Assembly: GCA_026165385.1 (NCBI GenBank)
Contig: GCA_026165385.1_4524.1
Strand: one strand, 5' to 3'
DNA length: 64,000 nucleotides
DNA from: a phage
Shown in pieces: positions 1 to 9,883 of this stretch (position 1 is the first letter of the stretch; each line of letters opens with the position of its first letter). The translations under genes were made by a program, and so were the position numbers. The notes below the pieces were generated by a model, which made no database searches, was not told where the DNA came from, and saw only the letters and a program-made list of their open reading frames with translations.

Positions 1-137
1 ATATGCGTCTTGCATCAGAAGTATTCTCAAGAGAATTACAGGATATGAATGACGACTACGCCCCGGTTATATTTGTTGATTGTGCAAGTAATTCGGCAGA
101 ATATAATCCATCAGCACATGGCCTGTCAATGGTATAA
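1..137 (+). CDS. 17: 3' end of upstream gene, probably terminase large subunit (gene 17), partial
   Basis: Frame 3 is open from the window edge to TAA at 135-137; gene 17 precedes gene 18 in T4-type genomes. Identity is by synteny only. Confidence 0.45.
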   Translation, partial: MRLASEVFSRELQDMNDDYAPVIFVDCASNSAEYNPSAHGLSMV

Positions 138-140
138 ATA
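133..140 (+). promoter_or_regulatory. Late promoter TATAAATA for gene 18
   Basis: Exact TATAAATA about 28 nt upstream of the gene 18 ATG, overlapping the upstream stop codon. Confidence 0.7.
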
Positions 141-167
141 AAATAAAGCAAATTAAGAGGAATTAAA

Positions 168-2150
168 ATGGCACTTCTCTCTCCGGGCGTTGAGCTCAAA
201 GAAACTACTGTACAGAGTACGGTAGTTAATAACTCCACTGGTACTGCTGCCCTGGCTGGAAAATTCCAATGGGGACCGGCATTTCAGATTAAACAAATCA
301 CCGACGAAGTTGCGTTGGTTGATATGTTTGGTACTCCTAACACAGACACCGCAGATTATTTCATGTCTGCTATGAACTTCCTTCAATATGGTAATGACCT
401 TCGTGTTGTACGCGCTGTTGATCGTGATACTGCTAAGAACTCATCTCCTGTGGCAGGAAACATTAATTTTACTATTTCTTCGGCTGGCACCAACTACAGA
501 GTCGGTGATAAAGTTGTAGTTAAATATTCTACAGATATTATCGAACCGGACGGTGAAGTTACTTCAGTCGATTCTGACGGTAAAATTTTGAATATCTTTA
601 TTCCTTCAGGTAAAATTATCGCTAAAGCGAAAGAAATCGGCGAATATCCTGAATTAGGTTCAAACTGGACTGCCGAAATGTCTGGGTCTTCTTCTGGTCT
701 GTCTGCAGTAATTACTATTGATTCTGTTGTAATGGATTCTGGTATTCTGTTGACTGAAGTTGAAACTTCAGAAGAAGCTATTACTTCTCTAACTTTCCAA
801 GAATCTATTAAAAAATATGGCGTCCCAGGCGTAGTTGCTCTTTATCCTGGCGAACTTGGCGACCAGCTCGAAATTGAAATCGTATCTAAAGCAGACTATG
901 ACAAAGGTGCTTCGGCCCAGTTAAAAATTTATCCTGATGGTGGTACTCGTGCATCTACTGCTAAAGCAATCTTTGGGTATGGCCCACAGACTGATGACCA
1001 ATATGCAATTATCGTTCGTCGCAACGACGCGGTAGTCCAGAGCGTAGTTCTTTCTACTAAACGTGGTGAACGCGATATTTATGGTAGCAATATCTTCATT
1101 GATGATTTCTTTGCTAAAGGCGCAAGCAATTATATTTTCGCTACGGCACAAGGTTGGCCAAAAGGTTTCTCTGGCGTAATCAAACTGAATGGTGGCTTAT
1201 CATCTAATGAAACGGTTGAAGCCGGTGATTTAATGGAAGCTTGGGATTTGTTTGCTGACCGTGAATCGGTTAATGCACAGTTGTTTATTGCTGGTTCTTG
1301 TGCTGGTGAATCTTTAGAAGTTGCTTCTACAGTTCAGAAACATGTTGTAGCAATTGGTGATTCTCGTCAAGATTGCTTGGTTCTTTGCTCACCGCCACGT
1401 GCAACTATAGTCGGTATTCCTGTTAATCGTGCAGTTGATAATCTGGTTGATTGGCGTACAGCGTCAGGAACTTACACTGATAATAACTTTAATATAAGTT
1501 CTACTTATGCTGCTATTGATGGTAACTATAAATATCAATATGACAAATATAACGATGTGAATCGTTGGGTTCCATTAGCTGCTGATATCGCCGGTCTTTG
1601 TGCTCGAACAGACAATATTTCTCAGCCTTGGATGTCTCCAGCCGGTTATAACCGCGGACAAATTCTTAACGTTATTAAGCTTGCAATTGAAACTCGTCAA
1701 GCACAACGAGATCGTTTGTATCAGGAAGCTATTAACCCTGTTACTGGTACCGGTGGTGATGGATATGTTCTGTACGGTGATAAAACTGCCACTTCTGTTC
1801 CTTCGCCATTTGACCGTATTAACGTACGTCGTTTGTTTAACATGGTTAAAACGAACATTGGTTCAGCATCCAAATATCGCCTATTTGAATTGAACAACGC
1901 GTTTACCCGTTCTTCTTTCCGTACAGAGACTTCTCAATATCTACAGGGTATTAAAGCTCTTGGTGGTGTATATAACTTTAAAGTTGTTTGTGATACTACC
2001 AATAACACCCCAGCAGTTATCGACCGTAATGAATTTGTAGCTACTTTCTACTTACAACCTGCCCGCTCGATAAATTATATTACGTTGAACTTTGTAGCAA
2101 CAGCAACTGGCGCTGATTTCGACGAACTGATTGGTGCTGTAGGTGGCTAA
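168..2150 (+). CDS. 18: Tail sheath protein gp18
   Basis: 660 aa ORF; near-identical over its length to remembered T4 gp18 (MxLLSPGxELKETTVQSTVVNNSTGTAALAGKFQWGPAFQIKQ...), same size as T4 (659 aa). Confidence 0.97.
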   Translation: MALLSPGVELKETTVQSTVVNNSTGTAALAGKFQWGPAFQIKQITDEVALVDMFGTPNTDTADYFMSAMNFLQYGNDLRVVRAVDRDTAKNSSPVAGNINFTISSAGTNYRVGDKVVVKYSTDIIEPDGEVTSVDSDGKILNIFIPSGKIIAKAKEIGEYPELGSNWTAEMSGSSSGLSAVITIDSVVMDSGILLTEVETSEEAITSLTFQESIKKYGVPGVVALYPGELGDQLEIEIVSKADYDKGASAQLKIYPDGGTRASTAKAIFGYGPQTDDQYAIIVRRNDAVVQSVVLSTKRGERDIYGSNIFIDDFFAKGASNYIFATAQGWPKGFSGVIKLNGGLSSNETVEAGDLMEAWDLFADRESVNAQLFIAGSCAGESLEVASTVQKHVVAIGDSRQDCLVLCSPPRATIVGIPVNRAVDNLVDWRTASGTYTDNNFNISSTYAAIDGNYKYQYDKYNDVNRWVPLAADIAGLCARTDNISQPWMSPAGYNRGQILNVIKLAIETRQAQRDRLYQEAINPVTGTGGDGYVLYGDKTATSVPSPFDRINVRRLFNMVKTNIGSASKYRLFELNNAFTRSSFRTETSQYLQGIKALGGVYNFKVVCDTTNNTPAVIDRNEFVATFYLQPARSINYITLNFVATATGADFDELIGAVGG

Positions 2151-2163
2151 TAAGACGCCTGAT

Positions 2164-2181
2164 GGGCTATTTCGGTAGCCC
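2164..2181 (+). terminator. Hairpin downstream of gene 18
   Basis: GGGCTA-TTTCGG-TAGCCC stem-loop 14 nt after the gene 18 stop; no U-tract. Confidence 0.45.
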
Positions 2182-2182
2182 A

Positions 2183-2190
2183 TATAAATA
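2183..2190 (+). promoter_or_regulatory. Late promoter TATAAATA upstream of gene 19
   Basis: Exact TATAAATA within the conserved CATATAAATATAACTATA 18-mer. Confidence 0.65.
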
Positions 2191-2262
2191 TAACTATATC
2201 GTTTAAAATTAATTCTATGGGCATCTGGTTAATCCTAAGCCCATATTACTACAGAGGCTAAT

Positions 2263-2754
2263 ATGTTTGTAGATGACGTAACTCGTGCCTTCGAATCAGG
2301 TGATTTCGCTCGCCCTAACCTGTTCGAAGTAGAAATCTCTTATCTTGGGCAAAACTTTAGCTTCCAGTGTCGTGCTACGGCTCTTCCTGCTGCGATCGTT
2401 GAAAAGGTTCCTGTTTCTTATATGAACCGTAAAATTAACGTGGCTGGTGATCGTACATTCGATGATTGGACTATTACAGTAATGAACGATGATGCTCATA
2501 GCATTCGTCAGAAATTTGTTGATTGGCAAGGTATTGCAGCAGGACAAGGTAATGAAATTACCGGTGGTAAACCTGCTGAATATAAAAAGACTGCTATCGT
2601 TCGTCAATTTGCTCGTGATGCTAAAACGGTCACTAAAGAAGTTGAAATTGTCGGCTTGTGGCCTACTAACGTCGGTGAAGTATCTCTTGATTGGGATTCG
2701 AATAACGAGATTGAAACGTTCGAAGTAACTCTTGCTCTTGATTGGTGGGAATAA
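2263..2754 (+). CDS. 19: Tail tube protein gp19
   Basis: 163 aa; matches T4 gp19 (MFVDDVTRAFESGDFARPNLF...ALDWWE); follows gene 18. Confidence 0.96.
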   Translation: MFVDDVTRAFESGDFARPNLFEVEISYLGQNFSFQCRATALPAAIVEKVPVSYMNRKINVAGDRTFDDWTITVMNDDAHSIRQKFVDWQGIAAGQGNEITGGKPAEYKKTAIVRQFARDAKTVTKEVEIVGLWPTNVGEVSLDWDSNNEIETFEVTLALDWWE

Positions 2755-2760
2755 TCTGGT

Positions 2761-2776
2761 TGGGGAGAAATCCCCA
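2761..2776 (+). terminator. GNRA-loop hairpin downstream of gene 19
   Basis: TGGGGA-GAAA-TCCCCA 7 nt after the gene 19 stop. Confidence 0.45.
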
Positions 2777-2802
2777 GCTTCCCGTGATGACGGAGAAGTC
2801 CA

Positions 2803-2810
2803 TATAAATA
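2803..2810 (+). promoter_or_regulatory. Late promoter TATAAATA upstream of gene 20
   Basis: Exact TATAAATA within the same 18-mer as at 2181. Confidence 0.65.
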
Positions 2811-2838
2811 TAACTATAATTCCCATTCGGAGAATACA

Positions 2839-4410
2839 ATGAAATTTAATATCTTAAGTTTGTTTGCTCCATGGGCAAAAATGGACGAACGTGATTACAA
2901 AGACCAAGAAAAAGAAAATTTAGAATCTATCACCACACCAAAATTAGACGACGGCGCTAAAGAATACGAAGTATCTGAAAATGAAGCACAGCAAACATAT
3001 AATGCTATGTTTCAGAGAATGTTCGGTAGCCAAGAACCAGGGCTCAAATCAACGCGTGAATTAATCGATACGTATCGAAATTTGATGACGAACTATGAAG
3101 TGGATAATGCAGTCTCTGAAATAGTTTCCGATGCTATCGTATATGAAGATGATACAGAAGTCGTTTCTATAAATTTAGACAACACAAAATTTAGTCCAAA
3201 TATCAAATCAATGATGTTGGATGAATTTAACGAAGTGTTAAATCATTTATCTTTCCAACGTAAAGGTTCAGATCATTTTAGACGTTGGTATGTGGATTCT
3301 CGAATTTTCTTCCATAAAATTATTGACCCTAAACGCCCTAAAGAAGGTATTAAAGAGCTTCGTCGTTTAGACCCACGTCAAGTTCAATATGTCCGTGAAG
3401 TTATTACAACCACTGAAGCCGGTGTTAAAATAGTCAAGGGTTATAAAGAATATTTCATTTATGACACATCACACGAATCTTATGCTTGTGATGGTCGCAT
3501 ATATGAAGCTGGCACAAAAATAAAAATCCCTAAAGCCGCAATTGTTTATGCCCATTCTGGTTTAGTTGATTGTTGTGGTAAAAATATCATTGGTTATTTG
3601 CATCGGGCTATTAAGCCGGCGAACCAATTAAAACTTCTTGAAGATGCCGTCGTAATTTATCGTATTACTCGTGCTCCTGATCGTCGTGTATGGTACGTTG
3701 ATACAGGTAATATGCCTTCAAGAAAAGCAGCAGAACATATGCAACATGTTATGAATACGATGAAAAACCGTATTGCATATGATGCTACTACAGGCAAGAT
3801 TAAAAACCAGCAGCATATTATGTCGATGACCGAAGATTATTGGTTACAACGACGTGATGGTAAAGCAGTAACAGAAGTTGATACATTACCGGGTGCAGAT
3901 AATACTGGAAATATGGAAGATGTACGTTGGTTCCGTAATGCGCTTTATATGGCTTTACGTATTCCTATTACCCGTATTCCAAGTGACCAAGGTGGTATAC
4001 AGTTTGATGCTGGTACTTCTATTACACGAGATGAATTGTCGTTTGGTAAATTTATTCGTGAGCTGCAACATAAATTTGAAGAGATATTCCTAGACCCGCT
4101 TAAAACTAATTTAATTCTTAAAGGAATTATTACAGAAGACGAGTGGAATGATGAAATAAATAATATTAAGATAAAATTTCATCGGGATAGTTATTTCTCG
4201 GAATTAAAGGATGCTGAGATTCTGGAGCGTCGTATTAATATGCTTCAGATGGCCGAACCATTTATTGGTAAATATATTTCTCACAGAACAGCTATGAAAG
4301 ATATTCTTCAGATGTCTGATGAGGAAATTGAACAAGAGGCTAAGCAAATTGAAGAAGAGTCGAAAGAGGCTCGTTTCCAAGACCCCGACCAAGAACAAGA
4401 GGATTTTTAA
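2839..4410 (+). CDS. 20: Portal vertex protein gp20
   Basis: 523 aa; matches T4 gp20 end to end ([18 protein letters not shown]...[10 protein letters not shown]). Confidence 0.97.
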   Translation: MKFNILSLFAPWAKMDERDYKDQEKENLESITTPKLDDGAKEYEVSENEAQQTYNAMFQRMFGSQEPGLKSTRELIDTYRNLMTNYEVDNAVSEIVSDAIVYEDDTEVVSINLDNTKFSPNIKSMMLDEFNEVLNHLSFQRKGSDHFRRWYVDSRIFFHKIIDPKRPKEGIKELRRLDPRQVQYVREVITTTEAGVKIVKGYKEYFIYDTSHESYACDGRIYEAGTKIKIPKAAIVYAHSGLVDCCGKNIIGYLHRAIKPANQLKLLEDAVVIYRITRAPDRRVWYVDTGNMPSRKAAEHMQHVMNTMKNRIAYDATTGKIKNQQHIMSMTEDYWLQRRDGKAVTEVDTLPGADNTGNMEDVRWFRNALYMALRIPITRIPSDQGGIQFDAGTSITRDELSFGKFIRELQHKFEEIFLDPLKTNLILKGIITEDEWNDEINNIKIKFHRDSYFSELKDAEILERRINMLQMAEPFIGKYISHRTAMKDILQMSDEEIEQEAKQIEEESKEARFQDPDQEQEDF

Positions 4411-4646
4411 TGGACGATTTAATTCAAGCTATTAAATCAAACGACCTCGTTGCTACTCGAAAGTTTTTTGAAAGTGCAATGGCAGAAAAAATGGTTCGTT
4501 TGATTGAAGCACGCAAAGCAGAAATCGCTTCTCAATTTTTGATTGAAGGCGAAGAACCTGAAGAAGAAAAGAAAGCTAAAGCTTCGGAAGACGACGCTGA
4601 TGAAGGCGATGACGACGAAGACGAAGATGATGAGGACGATGAATAA
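4410..4646 (+). CDS. 67: Prohead core protein gp67-like, acidic C-terminus
   Basis: 78 aa, poly-Asp/Glu tail; position between 20 and 21 as in T4; start overlaps gene 20 stop. Confidence 0.8.
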   Translation: MDDLIQAIKSNDLVATRKFFESAMAEKMVRLIEARKAEIASQFLIEGEEPEEEKKAKASEDDADEGDDDEDEDDEDDE

Positions 4647-5071
4647 TGTATCTTATCCCTGAATCTTATGAATTGGTACTCGAAAATGTCGAAGCACTTA
4701 TTCCTGAAGCACAGGGCCGAATCGATGCATTGTCTTCTGCTCTCGATATTGACGATATAAATACTATTATCGAGAACATGCTTGAAACTGAAACGGATTT
4801 AGCTGTTGCAATGGCTTCCATTATTAATGAAGAACAGTTAAATGAGTTTATCGTTAAACATGTTTCTTCTCGTGGTGAAGTCACCCGCACTAAAGACCGT
4901 AAAACTCGTGAACGTAACGCGTTCCAAACCACTGGTCTTTCTAAAGCAAAACGTAGACAAATCGCTCGTAAGGTCGTTAAAGCTAAAAAAGCTAACCCTT
5001 CAGGCCAAGTTAAAGGCTTGCGTAAGCGTAAAAAGGCTCTTAAACGTCGTAAAGCATTAGGATTAAGCTAA
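4646..5071 (+). CDS. 68: Prohead core protein gp68-like, basic C-terminus
   Basis: 141 aa; position and size as T4 gene 68; overlapping stop/start with neighbours. Confidence 0.8.
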   Translation: MYLIPESYELVLENVEALIPEAQGRIDALSSALDIDDINTIIENMLETETDLAVAMASIINEEQLNEFIVKHVSSRGEVTRTKDRKTRERNAFQTTGLSKAKRRQIARKVVKAKKANPSGQVKGLRKRKKALKRRKALGLS

Positions 5072-5712
5072 TGAATAAACCCGAGTTACTTATTGAAACT
5101 TGGGGTCAACCCGGTGAGATTATTGATGGCGTTCCAATGTTGGAATCTCATGATGGAAAAGATTCTGGCTTAAAACCAGGGCTTTATATAGAAGGTATTT
5201 TTCTTCAGGCAGAGGTTGTTAACCGAAATAAACGTTTATATCCTAAACGCGTTTTGGAAAAAGCAGTAAGTGACTATATTAAAGAACAAGTCGCAACCAA
5301 ACAAGCCCTTGGAGAATTAAACCATCCACCTCGCGCAAATGTTGACCCTATGCAAGCCGCTATCATTATTGAAGATATGTGGTGGAAAGGAAACGATGTA
5401 TATGGACGCGCTAGAATTATTGAAGGCGACCATGGTCCCGGCGATAAATTAGCTGCTAATATACGAGCTGGTTGGATTCCAGGTGTTTCCTCTCGTGGTC
5501 TTGGTTCTTTAACCGACACCAATAAAGGGTACCGTATCGTGAACGAAGGATTTAAATTAACCGTCGGCGTAGATGCCGTATGGGGACCTTCTGCTCCAGA
5601 TGCTTGGGTTACTCCTAAACAAATATCAGAATCAGAAAATTCGGTGGAAATCACCAAAAACAGTGCTGATGAAGCATTTAAAGCTCTCGCAGAGAGTTTA
5701 AAAGCATTATAA
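5071..5712 (+). CDS. 21: Prohead core scaffold/protease gp21
   Basis: 213 aa; matches T4 gp21 (LLIETWGQPGEIIDGVPMLESHDGKD...). Confidence 0.95.
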   Translation: MNKPELLIETWGQPGEIIDGVPMLESHDGKDSGLKPGLYIEGIFLQAEVVNRNKRLYPKRVLEKAVSDYIKEQVATKQALGELNHPPRANVDPMQAAIIIEDMWWKGNDVYGRARIIEGDHGPGDKLAANIRAGWIPGVSSRGLGSLTDTNKGYRIVNEGFKLTVGVDAVWGPSAPDAWVTPKQISESENSVEITKNSADEAFKALAESLKAL

Positions 5713-5745
5713 ATAATAATGTAATCTAAACCACAGGACACTAAA

Positions 5746-6558
5746 ATGATCAAAGAACAACTTTTGAAAGAAGCTCAGAACATCGAGACTTCAGTTGCTC
5801 TTAATAGTGTTTTCGAATCAGTAGAACTGTCTCCGGACGTTAAAGCTAATTTCAGCACTGTATTCGAAGCCACCGTTAAGCAGGAAGCAGTCAAACTGGC
5901 TGAATCTCATATCAAAGCCATCGCCGAAAAAGCCGAAGAAGAAGTTGAAAAGGCTAAAGAAGATGCTGAAGAGAAAGCTGATAAAAAATTGGCTGAACAA
6001 GCTTCTAAATTCCTAGACCATCTTGCAAAAGAATGGCTCGCAGAAAACCAAATAGCAGTTGATAAAGGCATTAAAGCTGATTTGTTCGAATCCATGCTTG
6101 GTGGTCTGAAAGAACTGTTTGTTGAACATAACGTTGTTGTTCCAGAAGAATCTGTAGATGTTGTAGCAGAAATGGAAGAAGAGCTGGCCGAACATAAAGA
6201 AGAAACCGCTCGTTTGTTCGAAGAAGTTACCAAACGTGATGCATATATCAATTACGTTCAGCGTGAAACCGCTATTAATGAAAGCGTAAAAGACCTGACT
6301 GAATCTCAGAAAGAAAAAGTTATTGGCCTGGTTGAAGGTATGGATTATTCTGACGCATTTGGTACTAAGTTAACTGCTATTGTAGAAATGGTTAAAGGTT
6401 CTACTAAAGAAGAAGCCGCTATTACCGAAAGTATAAATACAGTTGACAATGACGCTGCCGGTCTTAATTTTGTTGCCGAAGCAGTTGACACTACCACAAC
6501 TCAGGTAGAACAGAATTCTAATGTAAGTTTATATGCGAAAGTCGCATCTCGTTTCTAA
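5746..6558 (+). CDS. 22: Prohead core scaffold protein gp22
   Basis: 270 aa, acidic and helical (EEEVEKAKEDAEEKADKK); position and size as T4 gp22 (269 aa). Confidence 0.9.
   Translation: MIKEQLLKEAQNIETSVALNSVFESVELSPDVKANFSTVFEATVKQEAVKLAESHIKAIAEKAEEEVEKAKEDAEEKADKKLAEQASKFLDHLAKEWLAENQIAVDKGIKADLFESMLGGLKELFVEHNVVVPEESVDVVAEMEEELAEHKEETARLFEEVTKRDAYINYVQRETAINESVKDLTESQKEKVIGLVEGMDYSDAFGTKLTAIVEMVKGSTKEEAAITESINTVDNDAAGLNFVAEAVDTTTTQVEQNSNVSLYAKVASRF
6432..6439 (+). promoter_or_regulatory. Late promoter TATAAATA for gene 23, inside the 3' end of gene 22
   Basis: Exact TATAAATA about 137 nt upstream of the gene 23 ATG; same arrangement as T4 P23. Confidence 0.65.
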
Positions 6559-6575
6559 TTTAAAGGTTAACACAA

Positions 6576-8144
6576 ATGACTACTATCAAAACTAAAGCTC
6601 AGCTCGTAGACAAATGGAAAGAACTGCTGGAAGGTGAAGGCCTGCCGGAAATCGCTAATAGCAAGCAGGCTATTATCGCTAAAATCTTCGAAAACCAGGA
6701 AAAAGATTTCGAAGTATCCCCTGAATATAAAGACGAGAAAATCGCTCAGGCATTTGGTTCTTTCTTGACCGAAGCTGAAATTGGTGGTGACCACGGTTAT
6801 AATGCTCAGAACATCGCAGCAGGTCAAACCTCTGGTGCAGTAACCCAGATTGGGCCAGCAGTTATGGGTATGGTTCGTCGTGCTATTCCTAATCTGATCG
6901 CTTTTGATATTTGTGGTGTTCAGCCTATGAACAGCCCAACCGGTCAGGTATTTGCTCTCCGTGCAGTATATGGTAAAGACCCTATCGCTGCTGGCGCTAA
7001 AGAAGCTTTCCATCCGATGTATGCCCCAGACGCGATGTTCTCTGGTCAGGGTGCTGCTAAGAAATTCCCAGCTCTGGCTGCTGACACTACTACTGTTGTA
7101 GGTGATATCTATACTCACTTCTTCCAGGAAACTGGTACTGTATATCTGCAAGCTTCTGCCGTCGTAACACTTGATTCTAGTGCAACTGATGCAGCTAAAT
7201 TAGATGCAGAAGTTAAGAAACAAATGGAAGCTGGTGCACTGGTAGAAATCGCTGAAGGTATGGCTACTTCTATCGCTGAACTTCAGGAAGGTTTCAACGG
7301 TTCTACCGATAACCCATGGAATGAAATGGGCTTCCGTATCGACAAACAAGTTATTGAAGCTAAATCTCGTCAGCTGAAAGCAGCTTACTCCATCGAATTG
7401 GCACAAGACCTCCGTGCAGTACACGGTATGGATGCTGATGCTGAACTGAGCGGTATTCTGGCTACAGAAATTATGCTAGAAATCAACCGTGAAGTTGTTG
7501 ATTGGATTAACTACTCTGCACAGGTTGGTAAATCTGGTATGACCCTGACTCCGGGTTCTAAAGCTGGTGTATTTGACTTCCAGGACCCGATTGATATCCG
7601 TGGTGCTCGTTGGGCCGGTGAAAGCTTTAAATCTCTGTTGTTCCAGATTGATAAAGAAGCAGTTGAAATTGCTCGTCAAACCGGTCGTGGTGAAGGTAAC
7701 TTCATTATCGCTTCCCGTAACGTAGTTAACGTACTGGCTTCAGTTGATACTGGTATTTCTTACGCTGCACAGGGTCTGGCTTCTGGTTTTAATACCGACA
7801 CTACTAAGTCCGTATTTGCCGGTGTACTCGGTGGTAAATACCGCGTATACATCGACCAGTATGCTAAACAGGATTACTTCACCGTTGGTTACAAAGGCGC
7901 TAACGAAATGGATGCAGGTATTTACTATGCTCCTTACGTTGCACTCACCCCACTGCGTGGTTCCGATCCTAAGAACTTCCAGCCGGTAATGGGCTTTAAA
8001 ACTCGTTACGGTATCGGTGTTAACCCGTTTGCTGAAAGTTCCCTACAGGCTCCAGGTGCTCGCATCCAGTCCGGTATGCCGTCTATCCTGAACAGCCTTG
8101 GTAAGAATGCTTACTTCCGCCGTGTATATGTAAAAGGCATCTAA
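6576..8144 (+). CDS. 23: Major capsid protein gp23
   Basis: 522 aa; matches T4 gp23 (T4 is 521 aa); highly expressed-type codon usage. Confidence 0.98.
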   Translation: MTTIKTKAQLVDKWKELLEGEGLPEIANSKQAIIAKIFENQEKDFEVSPEYKDEKIAQAFGSFLTEAEIGGDHGYNAQNIAAGQTSGAVTQIGPAVMGMVRRAIPNLIAFDICGVQPMNSPTGQVFALRAVYGKDPIAAGAKEAFHPMYAPDAMFSGQGAAKKFPALAADTTTVVGDIYTHFFQETGTVYLQASAVVTLDSSATDAAKLDAEVKKQMEAGALVEIAEGMATSIAELQEGFNGSTDNPWNEMGFRIDKQVIEAKSRQLKAAYSIELAQDLRAVHGMDADAELSGILATEIMLEINREVVDWINYSAQVGKSGMTLTPGSKAGVFDFQDPIDIRGARWAGESFKSLLFQIDKEAVEIARQTGRGEGNFIIASRNVVNVLASVDTGISYAAQGLASGFNTDTTKSVFAGVLGGKYRVYIDQYAKQDYFTVGYKGANEMDAGIYYAPYVALTPLRGSDPKNFQPVMGFKTRYGIGVNPFAESSLQAPGARIQSGMPSILNSLGKNAYFRRVYVKGI

Positions 8145-8168
8145 TCTTAATTGATTAAATCTTATTTT

Positions 8169-8186
8169 GGGAGACTTCGGTCTCCC
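8169..8186. terminator. UUCG-tetraloop terminator between convergent gene 23 and the 89 aa ORF
   Basis: GGGAGAC-TTCG-GTCTCCC followed by ATTTTTGGTTTT. Confidence 0.75.
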
Positions 8187-8196
8187 ATTTTTGGTT

Positions 8197-8466
8197 TTAT
8201 TTCTGTGCAATTTCGATGTAAGTTTTCAAAATATTTTGCCAATTAGGCATACCTTCTTGGACATATGCCGGAGAACCGTCTTTGTTTTTGAATGATGCAA
8301 GTTTATCAGTGGCCCAATAACCTTTAGCTCGAGCTTCAGAATCAACTTTCATCCATACTTTGTTGAAGGCATTACCATTAACTTTTGCACCATATTTTTC
8401 TACTAACTTAACTGCTTCAGCTTCCAGAACTTTTAAAGTATCTCGTAAGAAACGTGCTTTAGTCAT
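8197..8466 (-). CDS. Hypothetical 89 aa protein between genes 23 and 24
   Basis: ORF on the opposite strand to the flanking late genes; has its own GTTTAC/TACTAT early-type promoter and a Shine-Dalgarno sequence; occupies the slot where T4 carries segD. Confidence 0.5.
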   Translation of the reverse strand: MTKARFLRDTLKVLEAEAVKLVEKYGAKVNGNAFNKVWMKVDSEARAKGYWATDKLASFKNKDGSPAYVQEGMPNWQNILKTYIEIAQK

Positions 8467-8496
8467 TTTGTTTACTCCTCTGTAGTTGATAAGTCT

Positions 8497-8526
8497 ATAG
8501 TATCACATACCAAATACGTTGTAAAC
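8497..8526 (-). promoter_or_regulatory. Early-type promoter (GTTTAC-N18-TACTAT) for the 89 aa ORF
   Basis: Minus strand GTTTAC...TACTAT about 30 nt upstream of the ATG at 8466. Confidence 0.55.
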
Positions 8527-8532
8527 AATCTT

Positions 8533-8540
8533 TATAAATA
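8533..8540 (+). promoter_or_regulatory. Late promoter TATAAATA for gene 24
   Basis: Exact TATAAATA 28 nt upstream of the gene 24 ATG. Confidence 0.7.
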
Positions 8541-8567
8541 ATCTATATCACATAAGGAAAAAATGCA

Positions 8568-9851
8568 ATGAGTAAAATCCAAAAATTATTGCGTGAATCT
8601 ACAACGTCTACTAGCAACTCAATTGGTCGCCCAAATCTCGTTGCTTTGACTCGCGCTACGACTAAATTAATATATTCTGACATTGTAGCAACACAAAGAA
8701 CTAATCAACCTGTTGCTGCTTTTTATGGTATCAAATATCTTAACCCAGATAACGAATTCACATTTAAAACCGGTGCTACTTATGCAGGCGAAGTTGGATA
8801 TGTAGACCGAGAAAAAATTACTGAGCTCACAGAAGAATCAAAAGTCACACTAAATAAAGGTGATTTTTTCAAATATAATAATATCGTCTATAAAGTGTTA
8901 GAAGATACACCATTTGCAGATATTCAAGAAAGTGATCTAGAATTAGCTCTTCAGATTGCAGTCGTTCATTTAAAGGTACGGTTATTTTCAGATGCAGCGG
9001 TAACAAGCAAATTTGAAAGCTCTGATAGCGAAATTTCTGATGCAAGATTCCAGATTAATAAATGGCAAACTTCAGTCAAATCTCGTAAACTTAAAACTGG
9101 CCTCACGGTCGAATTAGCGCAAGATTTGGAAGCGAATGGATTTGATGCCCCTAACTTCTTAGAAGATTTGCTTGCTACTGAAATGGCAGATGAAATTAAT
9201 AAAGATATTCTTCAGTCTTTAATTACTGTATCGAAACGTTATAAAGTTACTGGAATTACTGACACCGGATTTATTGACTTGAGTTATGCATCAGCTCCAG
9301 AAGCAGGTCGTTCATTATATCGAATGGTGTGTGAAATGGTATCACACATTCAAAAAGAGACAACTTATACTGCAACGTTTTGTGTAGCCTCAGCTCGTGC
9401 AGCTGCTATTCTTGCTGCTTCTGGTTGGTTAAAACATAAGCCAGAAGATGACAAGTATCTTTCACAAAATGCTTATGGATTCTTGGCAAATGGATTACCT
9501 CTTTACTGCGATACCAACAGTCCGTTAGATTATGTTATTGTGGGTGTTGTAGAAAATATCGGCGAAAAAGAAATTGTAGGGTCCATCTTTTATGCTCCAT
9601 ACACTGAAGGAGTAGATTTAGATGACCCGGAACATGTTGGTGCTTTTAAAGTTGTAGTTGATCCAGAAAGCTTGCAACCGTCTATTGGATTATTGGTTAG
9701 ATATGCTTTATCGGCAAATCCTTACACTGTAGCAAAAGATGAAAAAGAAGCGAGAGTAATTGATGGCGGGGACATGGATAAAATGGCAGGACGTTCAGAC
9801 TTGTCTGTTTTACTCGGTGTTAAATTGCCTAAAATTATTATAGATGAATAA
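8568..9851 (+). CDS. 24: Capsid vertex protein gp24
   Basis: 427 aa (same as T4 gp24); gp23-like fold region visible (shared motifs with gp23); late promoter upstream. Confidence 0.95.
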   Translation: MSKIQKLLRESTTSTSNSIGRPNLVALTRATTKLIYSDIVATQRTNQPVAAFYGIKYLNPDNEFTFKTGATYAGEVGYVDREKITELTEESKVTLNKGDFFKYNNIVYKVLEDTPFADIQESDLELALQIAVVHLKVRLFSDAAVTSKFESSDSEISDARFQINKWQTSVKSRKLKTGLTVELAQDLEANGFDAPNFLEDLLATEMADEINKDILQSLITVSKRYKVTGITDTGFIDLSYASAPEAGRSLYRMVCEMVSHIQKETTYTATFCVASARAAAILAASGWLKHKPEDDKYLSQNAYGFLANGLPLYCDTNSPLDYVIVGVVENIGEKEIVGSIFYAPYTEGVDLDDPEHVGAFKVVVDPESLQPSIGLLVRYALSANPYTVAKDEKEARVIDGGDMDKMAGRSDLSVLLGVKLPKIIIDE

Positions 9852-9859
9852 ACGAAAAA

Positions 9860-9875
9860 GGGACCTTACGGTCCC
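9860..9875. terminator. Bidirectional terminator between convergent gene 24 and rnlB
   Basis: AAAAAGGGACC-TTAC-GGTCCCTTTTTTT: GC stem flanked by an A-run and a T-run. Confidence 0.8.
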
Positions 9876-9883
9876 TTTTTTTG

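Noticed and set aside
1600-1893. 97 aa plus-strand ORF inside gene 18, and similar internal or antisense ORFs within large structural genes (for example 14152..14400, 50701..50943, 56952..57227)
   Set aside because: Embedded in or antisense to well-supported genes; no ribosome-binding sites; frame artefacts.
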